Below are positions 1 through 11,953 of a stretch of DNA of 64,000 bases, one piece after another. A program made the position numbers and the translations under genes. Source of the DNA: Babesia bigemina. Lineage: Eukaryota. Below the pieces are notes generated by a model. That model saw only the letters and a list, made by a program, of their open reading frames with translations. It did not search any database and had not been told where the DNA came from. Numbering within the stretch: position 1 is the first letter of the stretch; each line of letters begins with the position of its first letter. Location: assembly GCF_000981445.1 (NCBI RefSeq), contig NC_027216.1, positions 1,240,001 to 1,304,000 of the forward strand, given 5' to 3'.

Positions 1-624
1 CTCTTGTAGATTTCGTGATTCGAAATCCAATTTGTGATAGGCCATAGAAAGCAGGGCACGTGTCGGTGTTACAGGTGTTGTTTCGGGGCAGCCTATACAC
101 GAAGTTATGCGCCGTTTGAGGGCAGTGGAAACTCGGTTAGGCACAAAAATTGTAGCGCCGAAAAACCACGTTACTCGCCCTGTGAGCGAAGCCTGCCTCG
201 CGCGCAGCTGCAACACAGCTAAAACTGACATAATAATCGATAATTTGCGCCCACATATGGTGGTAGTGAATGAGTTATGTCGACCAAACGCTTGTATATC
301 GTTACACGCCGGGATGCGGTGGAAAGGGAGATGGTGTACACACACTATACGCACATGTCTTCTGCTTGATGTAGCTAGATTAGATCTATATGAGATGTAT
401 GGGTTTTGAAGCAGGTGAGGTTATTCGCCACTACCCATCTCTGGCAACGCGTTCATTTGTTGAATTGTTTGATTACACATTGCGTTTTACGGGAGTCCAT
501 TTGCAGAATTCGGCACTTGGTTCTACAATTGATTTTCGGGTTTTGCGCTTCTTGCTTAGTTACGCAGCGAATGCGCCATAAGCTTGGTGGTTGCACACTG
601 TCTACAGTCCCATGATTTTTAGTT

Positions 625-1971
625 ATGGGTGCTTGTCAAAGCCGGGATGAACAGGAAGTTGCTGTTACTACGCCTAAACGTGGCGGTGCTACGAATGTCT
701 GCGACGAGAGGCTAGAAGACCGATTGCTGACCATTCCTGAGATCAGTTATGGCCCGTTTAATCGTGTAGCGCTGGAATGGGATACCCTTGGTCAACTGAT
801 TCCCTACAATCCGGAGAGCATTCGCTCCGCAACTAGCGCACAATCTGGAGATGCAGTATCAGAGGCCCATCAAGTTAGGAAGCAGCTGACTAGCATTAAG
901 CAGCCTGCTAATTTGGCGAAAGGTGACGATAATGCTGCTTCCACCAACATGCAGAGGTTCAATTCCAGAGGTGTAACAGATGACAAACAATCGCTTGACC
1001 AGTTTAGGCGTGCTATAGTGATGTGGACGAATTTCAAAACCAGCACCAATGCTGTGAAAAAGTTGCACGGGGTAACTGATGCGTGGAGTTACCTCGATGC
1101 AGAAAACGTGCCACTACCTCAAGAAATGTTCGGAAGCGATGGATCGGAATCGATAAATGAGCTGCAGGGAAGCGAGGTGTCCGTTGGCAGTGCACTCACT
1201 CAGGAAGATGGCCCAGATGGTGCCATGCCCGATTTGTGTGAAAGTGGCGATGGTCACGTACCTATTGTAACGACGGAGGAGAACGTGCATCTCCCATTTC
1301 AGGATTTGCGTCAATCATTGAATGATTTAACACAGCAGCCATCGTCTTTTGTAACGCATCCCGCCTCACCGATGGAATCAGACGCGCCGATGGAGAATAT
1401 AGACGATGCTATAGACTGGTTAAATTACGAGCTGGTTCTGCGCCCTTATTCAAGCAAAGATACAGCACGGCATTCGTACAAATGCATCTATAGGCCGAGG
1501 CGTGAATTTTCGCCTCGTGACAGGGTTTACCGTCTAGATTCTAACTTGTTGCAATTATTGGGTGACATTTTGGACCCATTTCAGTCGCACAACGAAGATC
1601 AAGACCGTTTATCAGTGGGACCAAAAGTTAAACTTTTGCTCAATCAACTCGTTTCTGTTAAAGAATGGGGATCATCGACAATTCAGGATAATGCTAATTC
1701 TGTTCAGGGCGTTGTAACGCGCAAGACGAAACGTGTAATGAGGAGACCATTCGACTTGCGCGCCCTGTCTACAATAAGTGATTCCGGTGATGTTCAAAGC
1801 CCCTGTGCACATCCCTTCTACTGTCTGGAAGACTCGGGCTGCGATGCGGGAAGCGGTGCCTATCGCGATATACATGGCACAAAAGAAAACAAGCACTCGA
1901 TCAATTCCACAGGCAATTATAGACCACATGGCCGCTATGGAGACATGTCAGATATACCACTGCTATTTTGA
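625..1971 (+). CDS. Hypothetical protein with N-terminal myristoylation/palmitoylation-like motif
   Basis: 448 aa intronless ORF starting MGACQS (G2, C4, S6); no domain recognised. Confidence 0.7.
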   Translation: MGACQSRDEQEVAVTTPKRGGATNVCDERLEDRLLTIPEISYGPFNRVALEWDTLGQLIPYNPESIRSATSAQSGDAVSEAHQVRKQLTSIKQPANLAKGDDNAASTNMQRFNSRGVTDDKQSLDQFRRAIVMWTNFKTSTNAVKKLHGVTDAWSYLDAENVPLPQEMFGSDGSESINELQGSEVSVGSALTQEDGPDGAMPDLCESGDGHVPIVTTEENVHLPFQDLRQSLNDLTQQPSSFVTHPASPMESDAPMENIDDAIDWLNYELVLRPYSSKDTARHSYKCIYRPRREFSPRDRVYRLDSNLLQLLGDILDPFQSHNEDQDRLSVGPKVKLLLNQLVSVKEWGSSTIQDNANSVQGVVTRKTKRVMRRPFDLRALSTISDSGDVQSPCAHPFYCLEDSGCDAGSGAYRDIHGTKENKHSINSTGNYRPHGRYGDMSDIPLLF

Positions 1972-2266
1972 ATCCGGGGTGCATATACTACCCGCAAACC
2001 ATGTGCCACGGTGAATCTGCGTCGTCAGAGTGCCTAATGCACCTTTACAACACGTTTTACATAAATATAGTCTTCCGTAAAATTTAGCATAGTGAGGTGG
2101 TATTTCCACTCTGCCCTGATCTATATCTGCATGGCATAACACCAACATATTCTGCAGACGTGTTTTACTAAAAGAACCTTTTAGATGTGCTGAGACATCT
2201 GAAATGCAGTGTACACCGGCAAGCGTAGAAGACTCAAAATTAACGGCTTCCACGAGTGCTAGCGTT

Positions 2267-3704
2267 ATGACACTTCCGTACAACCTGGTAGGTGGCAACA
2301 TCAGGCACCTGTGATAGCGTGTAGCCGCTAACGAGGGATGCGGTAAATAGGCACTTCAAGGAGGTTAGGCAACTTGGGAAAGGCGCATATGGCACGACGA
2401 GCTTGCTAATGGACACATTTGATAACAGGTGTTTCTTACGATTATAGAGTTTTAAGCACCTGTCAGCATAGTACGCAAGCGAATCGACGTCACTTCTCTA
2501 TCCGAGGTGGAGCGCAAATTGTGCATGAATGAAATCAAGGCAATTGAGTTTAAGTGAGATTTGCTTACGATTCCGCAGCTCATTGCAAATATAAACCATC
2601 CTTTCATTGTAAAATACCTGGGAAGCTACCTCGAGGGAAATGTCCTCTATATACTAACCCACTACTGCAAAGGTATCGTGTGACGATTTACAACATAAGA
2701 ATGTGTCAGGTGGCGATCTCCACCGCTATATCGCCCAAAAACGGAAGCACGATGAACCCATTCGTGAAGAGCGCATATTGAAATGGATTGCGCAGCTGCT
2801 ATCAGCTCTAAAGTACCTCCATAAACGCCACATTCTACATCGAGGTAAGTGATAATATAACAAAATTTCAATAACTATTAGACTTGAAATCTCTGAACGT
2901 GCTCATCGATTCCGACAAATCACTAAAATTATGTGATTTTGGGGTTTCAAAGACTCTAAGTGCAACTGCGGACCACACAAAAACGGTCATCGGCACTCCA
3001 TACTATTTCAGCCCAGAGCTAATCAATGTAAGTCAGGCCACCGTACGATTCTAACACAAGATTCCATTGACATTGCACGACTGCAGAGCATGTTTCAAAA
3101 ATTTCATTGAGTTAATACGCAAGTATTTTCCAGTTATGGAAGCATATATACTCATGACGATGGCTTGCAACGTGACTTGAAAATATACGCAGGGACAGGA
3201 GTACAGTTGGCCGTCAGACATATGGGCATTAGGATGCCTGACATATGAGCTTGCAACCTTCAAAACTCCCTTCGACGGTGTTGGAGGCATGCAGCAACTT
3301 GTGAGGCATATAAAAAGCACACCGGTGAGATAACATCAGGTATGCATAATGTCTTCAGATACCAGACCTCCCGAGCGCCTATTCTCTGGAGCTAAACGCA
3401 CTCTTTAGGTCTATGATGTTCCAAGATATGAAATTCCGCCTATCGGCGTCGGAATTGCTTGCTACGGACATTATGCAAGTACGTTATTTCGTGATTATTG
3501 ACACGTATTGCTCAGCGCGCGCTGCGCCTGATGTTAAGGGAGGCTGAATTAAAATCTCCAACGCAAATACCCGATTGCACAAGTAGCAGTTTATTGAAGA
3601 GCAAATTACTATCGACCATTCCCGATGATTCTGAAGCGGTAGGCGGAATCAACAACAGACACCAAATGACAATCCAAATAGGAGACCAGGAGCTCGATGA
3701 ATAA
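2267..3704 (+). CDS. NIMA-related (NEK) Ser/Thr protein kinase, about 9 exons
   Basis: Manual splicing gives MTLPYNL|PLTRDAVNRHFKEVRQLGKGAYG...NEIK|LIANINHPFIVKY...HR|DLKSLN...CDFG...IGTPYYFSPE...SDIWALGC. Mostly ~35-39 nt introns (first 2288-2324). Confidence 0.9.
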
Positions 3705-4235
3705 TATAGACAGCTATTAAGATACCCAAATGAAGAACAATTAGATATAAAAGTTGTATAATTTCTATGTGTATCGGTAAAAAATACCAAGTGTCATGAT
3801 GGGTGGGTCGTGTCTACTGTGATGTACAGATAAGTGTTTAAATCTGACAAACACCAAATATACAATAACAAAAAACAGCGCTTTATCGGGTACACCTTGC
3901 TCACCATTTGAGTGTCTCGCAAACGTACACACTGGTGTTTCACACCTATTTATTCAATGACACCCCCTACAGTACAAATAATATGAATTAAGAGAAAATT
4001 GTCGGGGCCTGAATAAGATTGATAACACAAAAAACGTTATGACATGAGAAGGCAAACAGATGTTGTTAAGGTACTGCACGATTGAATTTTGATGTATCTG
4101 CTGAAGTATGATACATGGTTCCAATATGGTAGAATAGTGTTTGTACATAGTATGTAGCAATACGAAACGCGTCTTTGAACTCATTGTATGCAGACAACTG
4201 TTCACTGTGAGTCACCTGGTCTACGCGGCGATTCT

Positions 4236-5464
4236 ATGGGTACCGTTATAGAAATGGCAAATGTGTCTGAGCAAGCCGTCTCACCTGAGGTGTATAGACC
4301 AGAACCTGTGAGGCGTGATGACATTATTATCCAATGTGTCCGTTTGGCTAATGTGCAGCTGGGCATTGACGTGACTGGCCTGGATTTGCAGGGCGAATTG
4401 AGCGCCTCGGATTTCGACTACCTTGTTGTGGATTCGATTACTGGTGGTTATACGAACATATTGCATAAGGTTACGAACACGAAGAACGGAATGCACGTGG
4501 CTGTACGTATATTTGGACACAAGACAGATGAATTCATTGACCGTTCTCGTGAACGTATTATCCAACATCACCTTTGTCTACAGGGCTTCGCTAAGCACGT
4601 GTACGCTCACTTCGAGGGTGGGCAGATTGAGGAGTGGCTTCCGGGTGAAGCGGTGTCTGACGCTGATTTCCACAGCTACAAGTATAGCCATCTGATCGCA
4701 CGGCAACTACACCGGTTGCATACATTGCCAAGCCAGCGTGAGCTATATCTGGAGCTGCATCCGCACATTTCGGCGGGTGTAGACGTGAAATTCGAGTCCG
4801 ACCTGTGGCCGAGCGTGTGGAAGTTTTACAATCTGTAGGTTCAACTAAGGGCGCAAATGTAATATTCACAGATGCATGGCCAACATAGAGCAGCTGGAGC
4901 CAATCATCGCTGGGAAGTTCAGCCTCACTGAACTAAAAGAAGTGAGTTACTCAATTAGGAGCCACCCAAACATGAAATTACAGCACATAGAACGAATGCA
5001 AACATACTGCGACAGTGTGAGGTCGCCCGTTGTGTTGTGCCACGGAGATTTATCGAAAGGCAACATAGTAATCCAATCTGGTAGGTCTGCTTGTTGAAAG
5101 TCGACTTATGAGTGTAGAAGGTGTCACATTTTTGGATTATGAGTATGCCTGCTTTATGGAGAGGGGTTTCGACATTGCAGCTCACTTTTCGGAATTTGCG
5201 GCGTACGATTCGGATTCGAAAATGATGCCGTCTGAAAATATACAGCGGGATTTCATACGATTTTACTTAGGTGAATCATCATCAGAAGAGAAGGTAGATG
5301 CGTTGTTTAAGGAAATCCAGCCATTCCTCATTATCCCCAACATGTATTGGGGACTTTGGGGACTATTGCAATGTGTGTACTCTTCTATACATACGGATTT
5401 CGCTCATTATTCTACTAACAGGATCGAACGTTTTCTGACGGACCTTGAGTCGGCTAGTGCTTGA
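4236..5464 (+). CDS. Choline/ethanolamine kinase, copy A (4 exons)
   Basis: ITGGYTN loop, VRIFG, IEEWL, Brenner motif CHGDLSKGN, LDYEY, FDIAAHFSE, YWGLWG. First intron 4835-4871. The start could be 4188, 4236 or 4254. Confidence 0.9.
4314..5043 (+). repeat. 730 nt direct repeat, copy 1 (partner 6387-7116)
   Basis: By-eye comparison shows near identity including two introns, with about 10 mismatches in two small clusters. Confidence 0.95.
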
Positions 5465-6299
5465 TGTCATGTAGAAATGCAATGCGCCCCCAGCACAACC
5501 GTGTACCAACACAAAAACATGTTAACAGAAGTGCTTAATAATGCCACTGATGCTGAGTGTATATTACTGTTTACTTGCTCTGTTTTGTCATCAGTGCTTG
5601 CGGTGGTCAAATCATTTGATGGCTCCCGTATTTCGGCAGCTAAAGGATATCCACAACAAGCCTACGACACTGAGTAATGATGAACAAGTAGAGGCCACTT
5701 GATATCGAATAAAAAGTGAGATCGTCAATTATTAGTGGCGAATGTGCAGCCGCCGTGTAGCATGTGTCGTCATTGTAAAGTCCAGCCACACTGAAATACA
5801 TTCATTATGTAGCCGACATTTCCAGTTTTTAGTTTATATATACAACTAGACATGCTGTAACGAATAAGATGTCAAATGTGAGCTATTTTGTTATGAAGAT
5901 TCCATTCAACCTTTAACATAAAAGATTTCGTACAATAGGCATTACTAGACAGTACCAGAAACCGAATGGAATATTGCATTGCAGCATCTGTCACACATCC
6001 ATAAACATTAGTGCTGACCATCGTTGTGTAACTATCATTCACATACTACGAATGCTTGACCCAACACAACGAAATTATAAGCTCATAATGGGACATTATT
6101 ATTTGAAAGACGACACGATGGGGACAATTATTTGATTACGTGTAATAAAGGTTCATCTGCCGAAATTTTATATTGGCTGTCGTACGAGGTTGGCGCCTCT
6201 GCAGCTGCCGGTACTCACCGCAGCCTTATAGTTCCGCTTATTACTTGCAGCAACTTATTTTTATTACTTATTCACTAAATCACATCCATTATTGCAGAT

Positions 6300-7554
6300 A
6301 TGGTAGATCTAACATCAAATAAAGCAATGACAACAACGCTGGATGTTGTCAAGCCCATAAGACATATTAACGAAGTACACCATACACGTGATGACATTAT
6401 TATCCAATGTGTCCGTTTGGCTAATGTGCAGCTGGGCATTGACGTGACTGGCCTGGATTTGCAGGGCGAATTGAGCGCCTCGGATTTCGACTACCTTGTT
6501 GTGGATTCAATAACGGGAGGTCTAACGAACATATTGCATAAGGTTACGAACACGAAGAACGGAATGCACGTGGCTGTACGTATATTTGGACACAAGACAG
6601 ATGAATTCATTGACCGTTCTCGTGAACGTATTATCCAACATCACCTTTGTCTACAGGGCTTCGCTAAGCACGTGTACGCTCACTTCGAGGGTGGGCAGAT
6701 TGAGGAGTGGCTTCCGGGTGAAGCGGTGTCTGACGCTGATTTCCACAGCTACAAGTATAGCCATCTGATCGCACGGCAACTACACCGGTTGCATACATTG
6801 CCTGGCCAGCGTGAGCTGTATCTGGAGCTGCATCCGCACATTTCGGCGGGTGTAGACGTGAAATTCGAGTCCGACCTGTGGCCGAGCGTGTGGAAGTTTT
6901 ACAATCTGTAGGTTCAACTAAGGGCGCAAATGTAATATTCACAGATGCATGGCCAACATAGAGCAGCTGGAGCCAATCATCGCTGGGAAGTTCAGCCTCA
7001 CTGAACTAAAAGAAGTGAGTTACTCAATTAGGAGCCACCCAAACATGAAATTACAGCACATAGAACGAATGCAAACATACTGCGACAGTGTGAGGTCGCC
7101 CGTTGTGTTGTGCCACTGTGACCTTTTGAATGCAAATGTGATAATAAATGGACCAGGTGAGTTCGTTGAATCATAACTACGTATATCTACGCGCGTAGAA
7201 GAAGCGAAATTTCTGGACTTCGAGTATGCCTGCTTCATGGAGCGGGGTTTCGACATTGCAAACCACTTCATAGAGCACTGTGGCATAGAATGCAATTGGA
7301 ACGATATACCGGATGAAGTGGAGCAAAGGCGCTTTCTTGTTTCTTATATCGGGGATATTGCCGCCGACTCCGATGTCGACATGTTATACATGGAAATACA
7401 ACCGTTCTTCATCGCCGCCAATATATATTGGGGACTGTGGGGATTTCTTCAATGCATATATTCGTCGCACGAAGTCGACTACCCCCATTATGCTAGAAGT
7501 CGTGTAACGTCTGCGATTCATGACGAACGTTGGAAGCTGTTCGGCGGCAGATAA
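6300..7554 (+). CDS. Choline/ethanolamine kinase, copy B (4 exons)
   Basis: ITGGLTN, CHCDLLNAN, LDFEY, FDIANHFIE, YWGLWG; same intron positions as copy A. Confidence 0.9.
6387..7116 (+). repeat. 730 nt direct repeat, copy 2 (partner 4314-5043)
   Basis: Runs from CGTGATGACATTATT to GTGTTGTGCCAC, matching copy 1. Confidence 0.95.
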
Positions 7555-7591
7555 GTGCCCATAGACAACGCTTAATAAGAGTTGAGATTTG

Positions 7592-8929
7592 TTAGACACT
7601 TAGTTGCTGTCCGTTATCACGGTTAAGGTGTCGTTGCTGTGCCCAGCGCATCATATCCCTGAGGCGTTGTGCCAGTTAAAAAACTCACATACCTGAACAC
7701 GTTCGAATTCGTGGCTTCGTCGTCCAGCTCGATTTCTCCATTGCCCAAAATTTTCCAAGCAGCCAAATGTTCAAATGCGATATACAACTCGACGTGGCAA
7801 TCCTCTGGTAGCGCCATGAGTGCATCTTGGAATTGTGCCTTCTCTTGGCTCGACACAGGTTGGATTTCTGCGACAAAGTCGAGACTTGCAGGTAACTGCC
7901 TCGGTAACGTCATCGGATTAGCTGCTGGAAGGTGTTTGCCACCAAACGACACGTGAGCCGTCTCTGAGTCAACGAGATTGGAATCACGTCTAAGCTTTTC
8001 GAGCTTGCAACAGGCATCGTGAGTTGACATCCAAGGGATGGTGCCGGGTGCCTGGAACTTAAACATTGTAAGGAGCATCGCATATATCTCGGCAAATGCT
8101 TCAGTGGACGAAGCATATCCATTTTGCAGAACCTTCTCAAGAACTATGTGCAATGTCACAGACTTTACCGGTGGCATTGGTGAGGCTTCCTCACCCGCTG
8201 TTTCGAACGTTCCTTCAGCAGCCCCTTCTATGGGCGCTGCAAAAAGGCTGCCGCTTTTCGTATGACACAACGACGCAACGACGTGGTGTAGCTTTTGTAG
8301 CCAAGTGGGCATGCTGGTCAGAACAGCATCATCAGGATTCAAAAGCGGGAATAGAGACGATGTATTGTCGTATTCAACAGTCTCTTCTTGCTGCGGAAAT
8401 GCGGATTTATGCGATTCAAACGGTCCTTCCATTTCGTCGAACCCCTCATCCATTATTTCCTTAAAAAGCGAATCGATGTCGTCATCGATGGTAGAGTGGC
8501 CCGGTATATCTGAAGCCAAAGTGCGTCGGCTGGCATTTCTGTAGCTATTATGAGAAGATGCAAGATTGAAAGAAGCTTACTTTTTCAGTTGGATATTATT
8601 CGAACGTTCACGCTTGGGCTGCTCTCTCATAAACATCTACAAAGCACCACCTACGGGCAACGAAGCATTCATGTCTACTGCTTCTGAGAGCAAATGATAG
8701 TGACCACGTGGTATTGCAGCGTCCAGTGGCGCCAATTGCCATGGGACGTCTACCGCTGCATCATCCTTTGACGCTGCATCCCAGAGCTCTTTCAACCTCT
8801 GCAAAACAATAATGTGTTGCAAATTCGAGTTTCGTATGGAGTCTAAATTAGTGATATGCCTACCTGATGGAATGATTCCAGCTCCGATGCGGTGAAGAAC
8901 AGCTCACCGCGGAACAACGTGTTCGCCAT
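7592..8929 (-). CDS. Degenerate bromodomain + ET/NET-domain protein (BET-like), multi-exon
   Basis: SLFAAPI...VTLHIVLEKVLQNGYASSTEAFAEIYAMLLTMFKF resembles a bromodomain. VSSQEKAQFQDALMALP...GEIELDD resembles an ET domain. Inferred start MANTLFRG at 8929; inferred last exon ...DMMRWAQQRH...LSV*. Confidence 0.65.
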
Positions 8930-9423
8930 GGTCTCACGATGCGGAATTAGGATACCACAACTGATATTTTAAAAAGACAACTTGGATTCATTCATCACCA
9001 TATATAGATAACAATCGTCTAATTTTAGATAATTTCTTCGGTACGATTGCCCAAAAGATTCGACCCTAGTTCGAGCCCCTCCCACCGCTACACAGATAGC
9101 TTAATAACTATTAGCGCAAAACATTACTGTTAAAGAACATATCAAATAGGAATCGAAGATATTTCTTTGTCTGACATTCCTTCGAGCCGGTCTTAGGCGA
9201 CAGCACACGCTCGCTGAGATGCTCGGCATTAAACCCAATTTTTCTAACTGAGTAGATGTCTACACTTTTCAACCCGCAACAATTCTTGCACGGCATTTAT
9301 GACTCGGAGCATCTGTGATGTGGAGAGAATACGTGTTTTCAGGAGTCGATACGATCGGCGTTGCGGCCGTATGACGCTTTAATAGTAGTATGCTCGGGAG
9401 GGCAACCAACAATCGCGTATACG

Positions 9424-10000
9424 CTACGCAAACGCATCGTTCCCAAGCATATCGCTGAATATATGCTTCTTGGTCGGGAATTGCTCTTGTTCTTCCTTCA
9501 ACAGGGCAAGCGCTTCATCAAGTTCGACGTACTTCAGCTTCGGCATCATAGGCTGAGGCATCATTCTCATGTTGCGTTTGCGTGCAACTTGTAGAAGTCG
9601 ACTGTGATCGAATGTGCTGTTGTACTTGAAGGTATTCAGGTAGCTTGTCGCGTCAAGTCCGCAGAAATAGGCAATACTCTCACCGCGTATTATCAAATTA
9701 CCTACAGAAATATAAGATGCTTGCAAAATAGTTGTGTAACATTCATTTATAGGATCATATGTCAGACTTACCGCAATACACATCGCTGAAAACTCGTTGC
9801 GAATGAACGATGACCTTCCTGACGGCGTCGGTAAGCACAAGGTTCCCGTATTGATCAAAGCTTTTAAAAATACCCACGTAATAGGTTTCGTCTCTAAGAG
9901 TAACCCAGATCAAGGATCCGAGTTCGTCCTCTACGACCCAAATCCATTGCTGCTTGCTATGCTGGTCACTGCGCGCGGTTGCCACATCGTCATCCATCAT
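9424..10000 (-). CDS. LSM1: Sm-like protein LSm1
   Basis: VTLRDETYYVGIFKSFDQYGNLVLTDA...SDVYC|GNLIIRGESI covers the Sm1 and Sm2 motifs; intron 9702-9771. Confidence 0.85.
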
Positions 10001-10315
10001 ACAATCGGGGATTGCACACCCGGCAATAAATCAGGTTTGCGCCGCAAGGTTAAATTTCAATCGCGAACACGAGAGCGACAGCAACAACACCGCGCCACGG
10101 GTCCCCATAGTTAAGAGAAAGCAAGATAGAAACAACAAACTTAAACATTAGAAACGTTTACTAGAACTGTCTTCAACAAGAGCTCAGCCACAGTGAACAT
10201 CGAGGTGAATGCCATAGCACTTCCGTTGACCATGTCGGCAATTCGTATATCATAACCCACGTTCTACGCATTTGTAGGCTTCTGTGCCAGAAAAGTGCAT
10301 TCTGTATTAACAGTG

Positions 10316-11953
10316 TTATCCCTTCGTTGTGTAAAATCGAACTTTGTCGCCCTGACAGTGCGTGACTAACGGTGAGCACAAACGTACCACTCGAAGCTGT
10401 ACATGGCACAATCGGTCACATTGTACACCAGATCGCTGCAGCATGCATACTACAGGCTGACGCGCATCTATGACCTCCATTGTGTGCCCAATGAAGTTTT
10501 GCGCCTCCGTAACGGGTCCTGAGAGCAATATTTTCAATGTAACGACAAACGTACCAGGCTTGGCCGCTATAAACCTGGACCGCGACGTGATCACATCTAT
10601 CCCAGCAACCTGCGTCACTTGATGCTCCAGCTCGGGTTGCAGCTTCTCCGGCTGCACCAAGTTGTAAGCTACTATATCAGCCGGGAATAGTTGTTGTAGG
10701 TAGTGCGAATTCGGTCCAACCGTGTACCACTCGCGATGCATCTTGTCAAGTGACGACGCAGGTTCACCCTCCACTGCTTCCCTGCGCATTGGCAGGAACT
10801 TTATGCTATCTACATTGGTGTTTCCCAGTGCGTTCATCAGCACAACCGGAATTTCAATTGAGTCTCCCTCACAAACCTGACTTACGGACTCCGCCGTGGC
10901 CACATGCAGGTCATCGCCGTGCACCGAAGATACGTCACGCATGAAAGACACCGTTCGTCGGGTATTTCGCCTCAAACACTCAAAGACAAACCTGTTGGCG
11001 TACGTTGGCTGCCGAGCTCCCACATCATCACACGTGCTCCGCGGAATGTAACTATAGGTATACTGCAGCGTGTTCTTCGAATTCACTGACCAAGCCAAAA
11101 CACGCGCACGGATGATGAGGTCGATACGCATGCCCTTCTGTGCGGTGAATACTGATTGGCAAATCATGTATGACGATTCGAAATCCAGTTGCCCCTGATA
11201 AGCTACCTTAAATGCAGCTACGATTTTCGCCGTCTTTTTCCCCATTAGCAATCTGACGTTGTCCGACCACTGTTTAGAAATCTTTTGACCGGCTGTAAGA
11301 TCTGAACCGGTGAAGTATTGCAGCAATGCGTCGTAAACCCGCGAATTTAGATCAGCCCAGTCTTCACTGATACGGTGGCCCATGAGATCATAGTATCGTA
11401 GGCTAGACCTGCACTTTGCCAGCTTCGACGGGGAGAAATCGGGAGAGGTGCGAGTTTTGATGCGGTCATCTAGAACGGAAACGTGATTTTTCTGCGCACT
11501 CTCTGCCATAGGTTTACTGCCAACATCGCTAAACAGCGTTATACCGTACCAGAATACCCCTTGTTCTGCGGTATGTCCGGAACTTGTGGAAGTGGCTGCG
11601 GCCTGCGAGATCGAGTTGACATCCCTGGTGGGACTTTTGCACGTATCACTATCTGCAGCCTCAGCACGCAGGCGCGAGATTTTCGGGGAAAAATTCATGA
11701 TGAGAGGATCATACACATCCTCCGTAACCAATGGTGCGTCGTTTTTTAGCCTCAACTCCTCGACATCTGATTCGCGTGTTGTAGCGATGGAGGAGGGCGA
11801 CTGAGCATTTTCGATGGGCAACAGCGGCACATCGATCGACGATGGAGAAGCATCTCCCGTAGTCGAGGGCTCTACAACCTCAGTCTGTTCTACCGGGCGC
11901 GGTTCCTCATTTGGCACAGCTACGGTTGGCTCCCTCACGAGAGATGCATCCAT
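10316..11953 (-). CDS. Hypothetical protein (about 500+ aa)
   Basis: Long ORF (10316-12007) with a disordered N-terminus; likely start MDASLV; possible short introns near the 3' end. Confidence 0.7.
   Translation of the reverse strand: MDASLVREPTVAVPNEEPRPVEQTEVVEPSTTGDASPSSIDVPLLPIENAQSPSSIATTRESDVEELRLKNDAPLVTEDVYDPLIMNFSPKISRLRAEAADSDTCKSPTRDVNSISQAAATSTSSGHTAEQGVFWYGITLFSDVGSKPMAESAQKNHVSVLDDRIKTRTSPDFSPSKLAKCRSSLRYYDLMGHRISEDWADLNSRVYDALLQYFTGSDLTAGQKISKQWSDNVRLLMGKKTAKIVAAFKVAYQGQLDFESSYMICQSVFTAQKGMRIDLIIRARVLAWSVNSKNTLQYTYSYIPRSTCDDVGARQPTYANRFVFECLRRNTRRTVSFMRDVSSVHGDDLHVATAESVSQVCEGDSIEIPVVLMNALGNTNVDSIKFLPMRREAVEGEPASSLDKMHREWYTVGPNSHYLQQLFPADIVAYNLVQPEKLQPELEHQVTQVAGIDVITSRSRFIAAKPGTFVVTLKILLSGPVTEAQNFIGHTMEVIDARQPVVCMLQRSGVQCDRLCHVQLRVVRLCSPLVTHCQGDKVRFYTTKG

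Noticed and set aside
2209..2216. GTGTACAC and other ApiAP2-like motifs (TGCACA, TAGCTA) upstream of several genes
   Set aside because: 6-8-mers occur by chance in 64 kb, and enrichment cannot be tested here.
9060..9092. GTTCGAGCCC resembling a tRNA T-loop
   Set aside because: The flanks (CCTAG/CCCTC) do not form a T-stem, and no acceptor or D arm was found.
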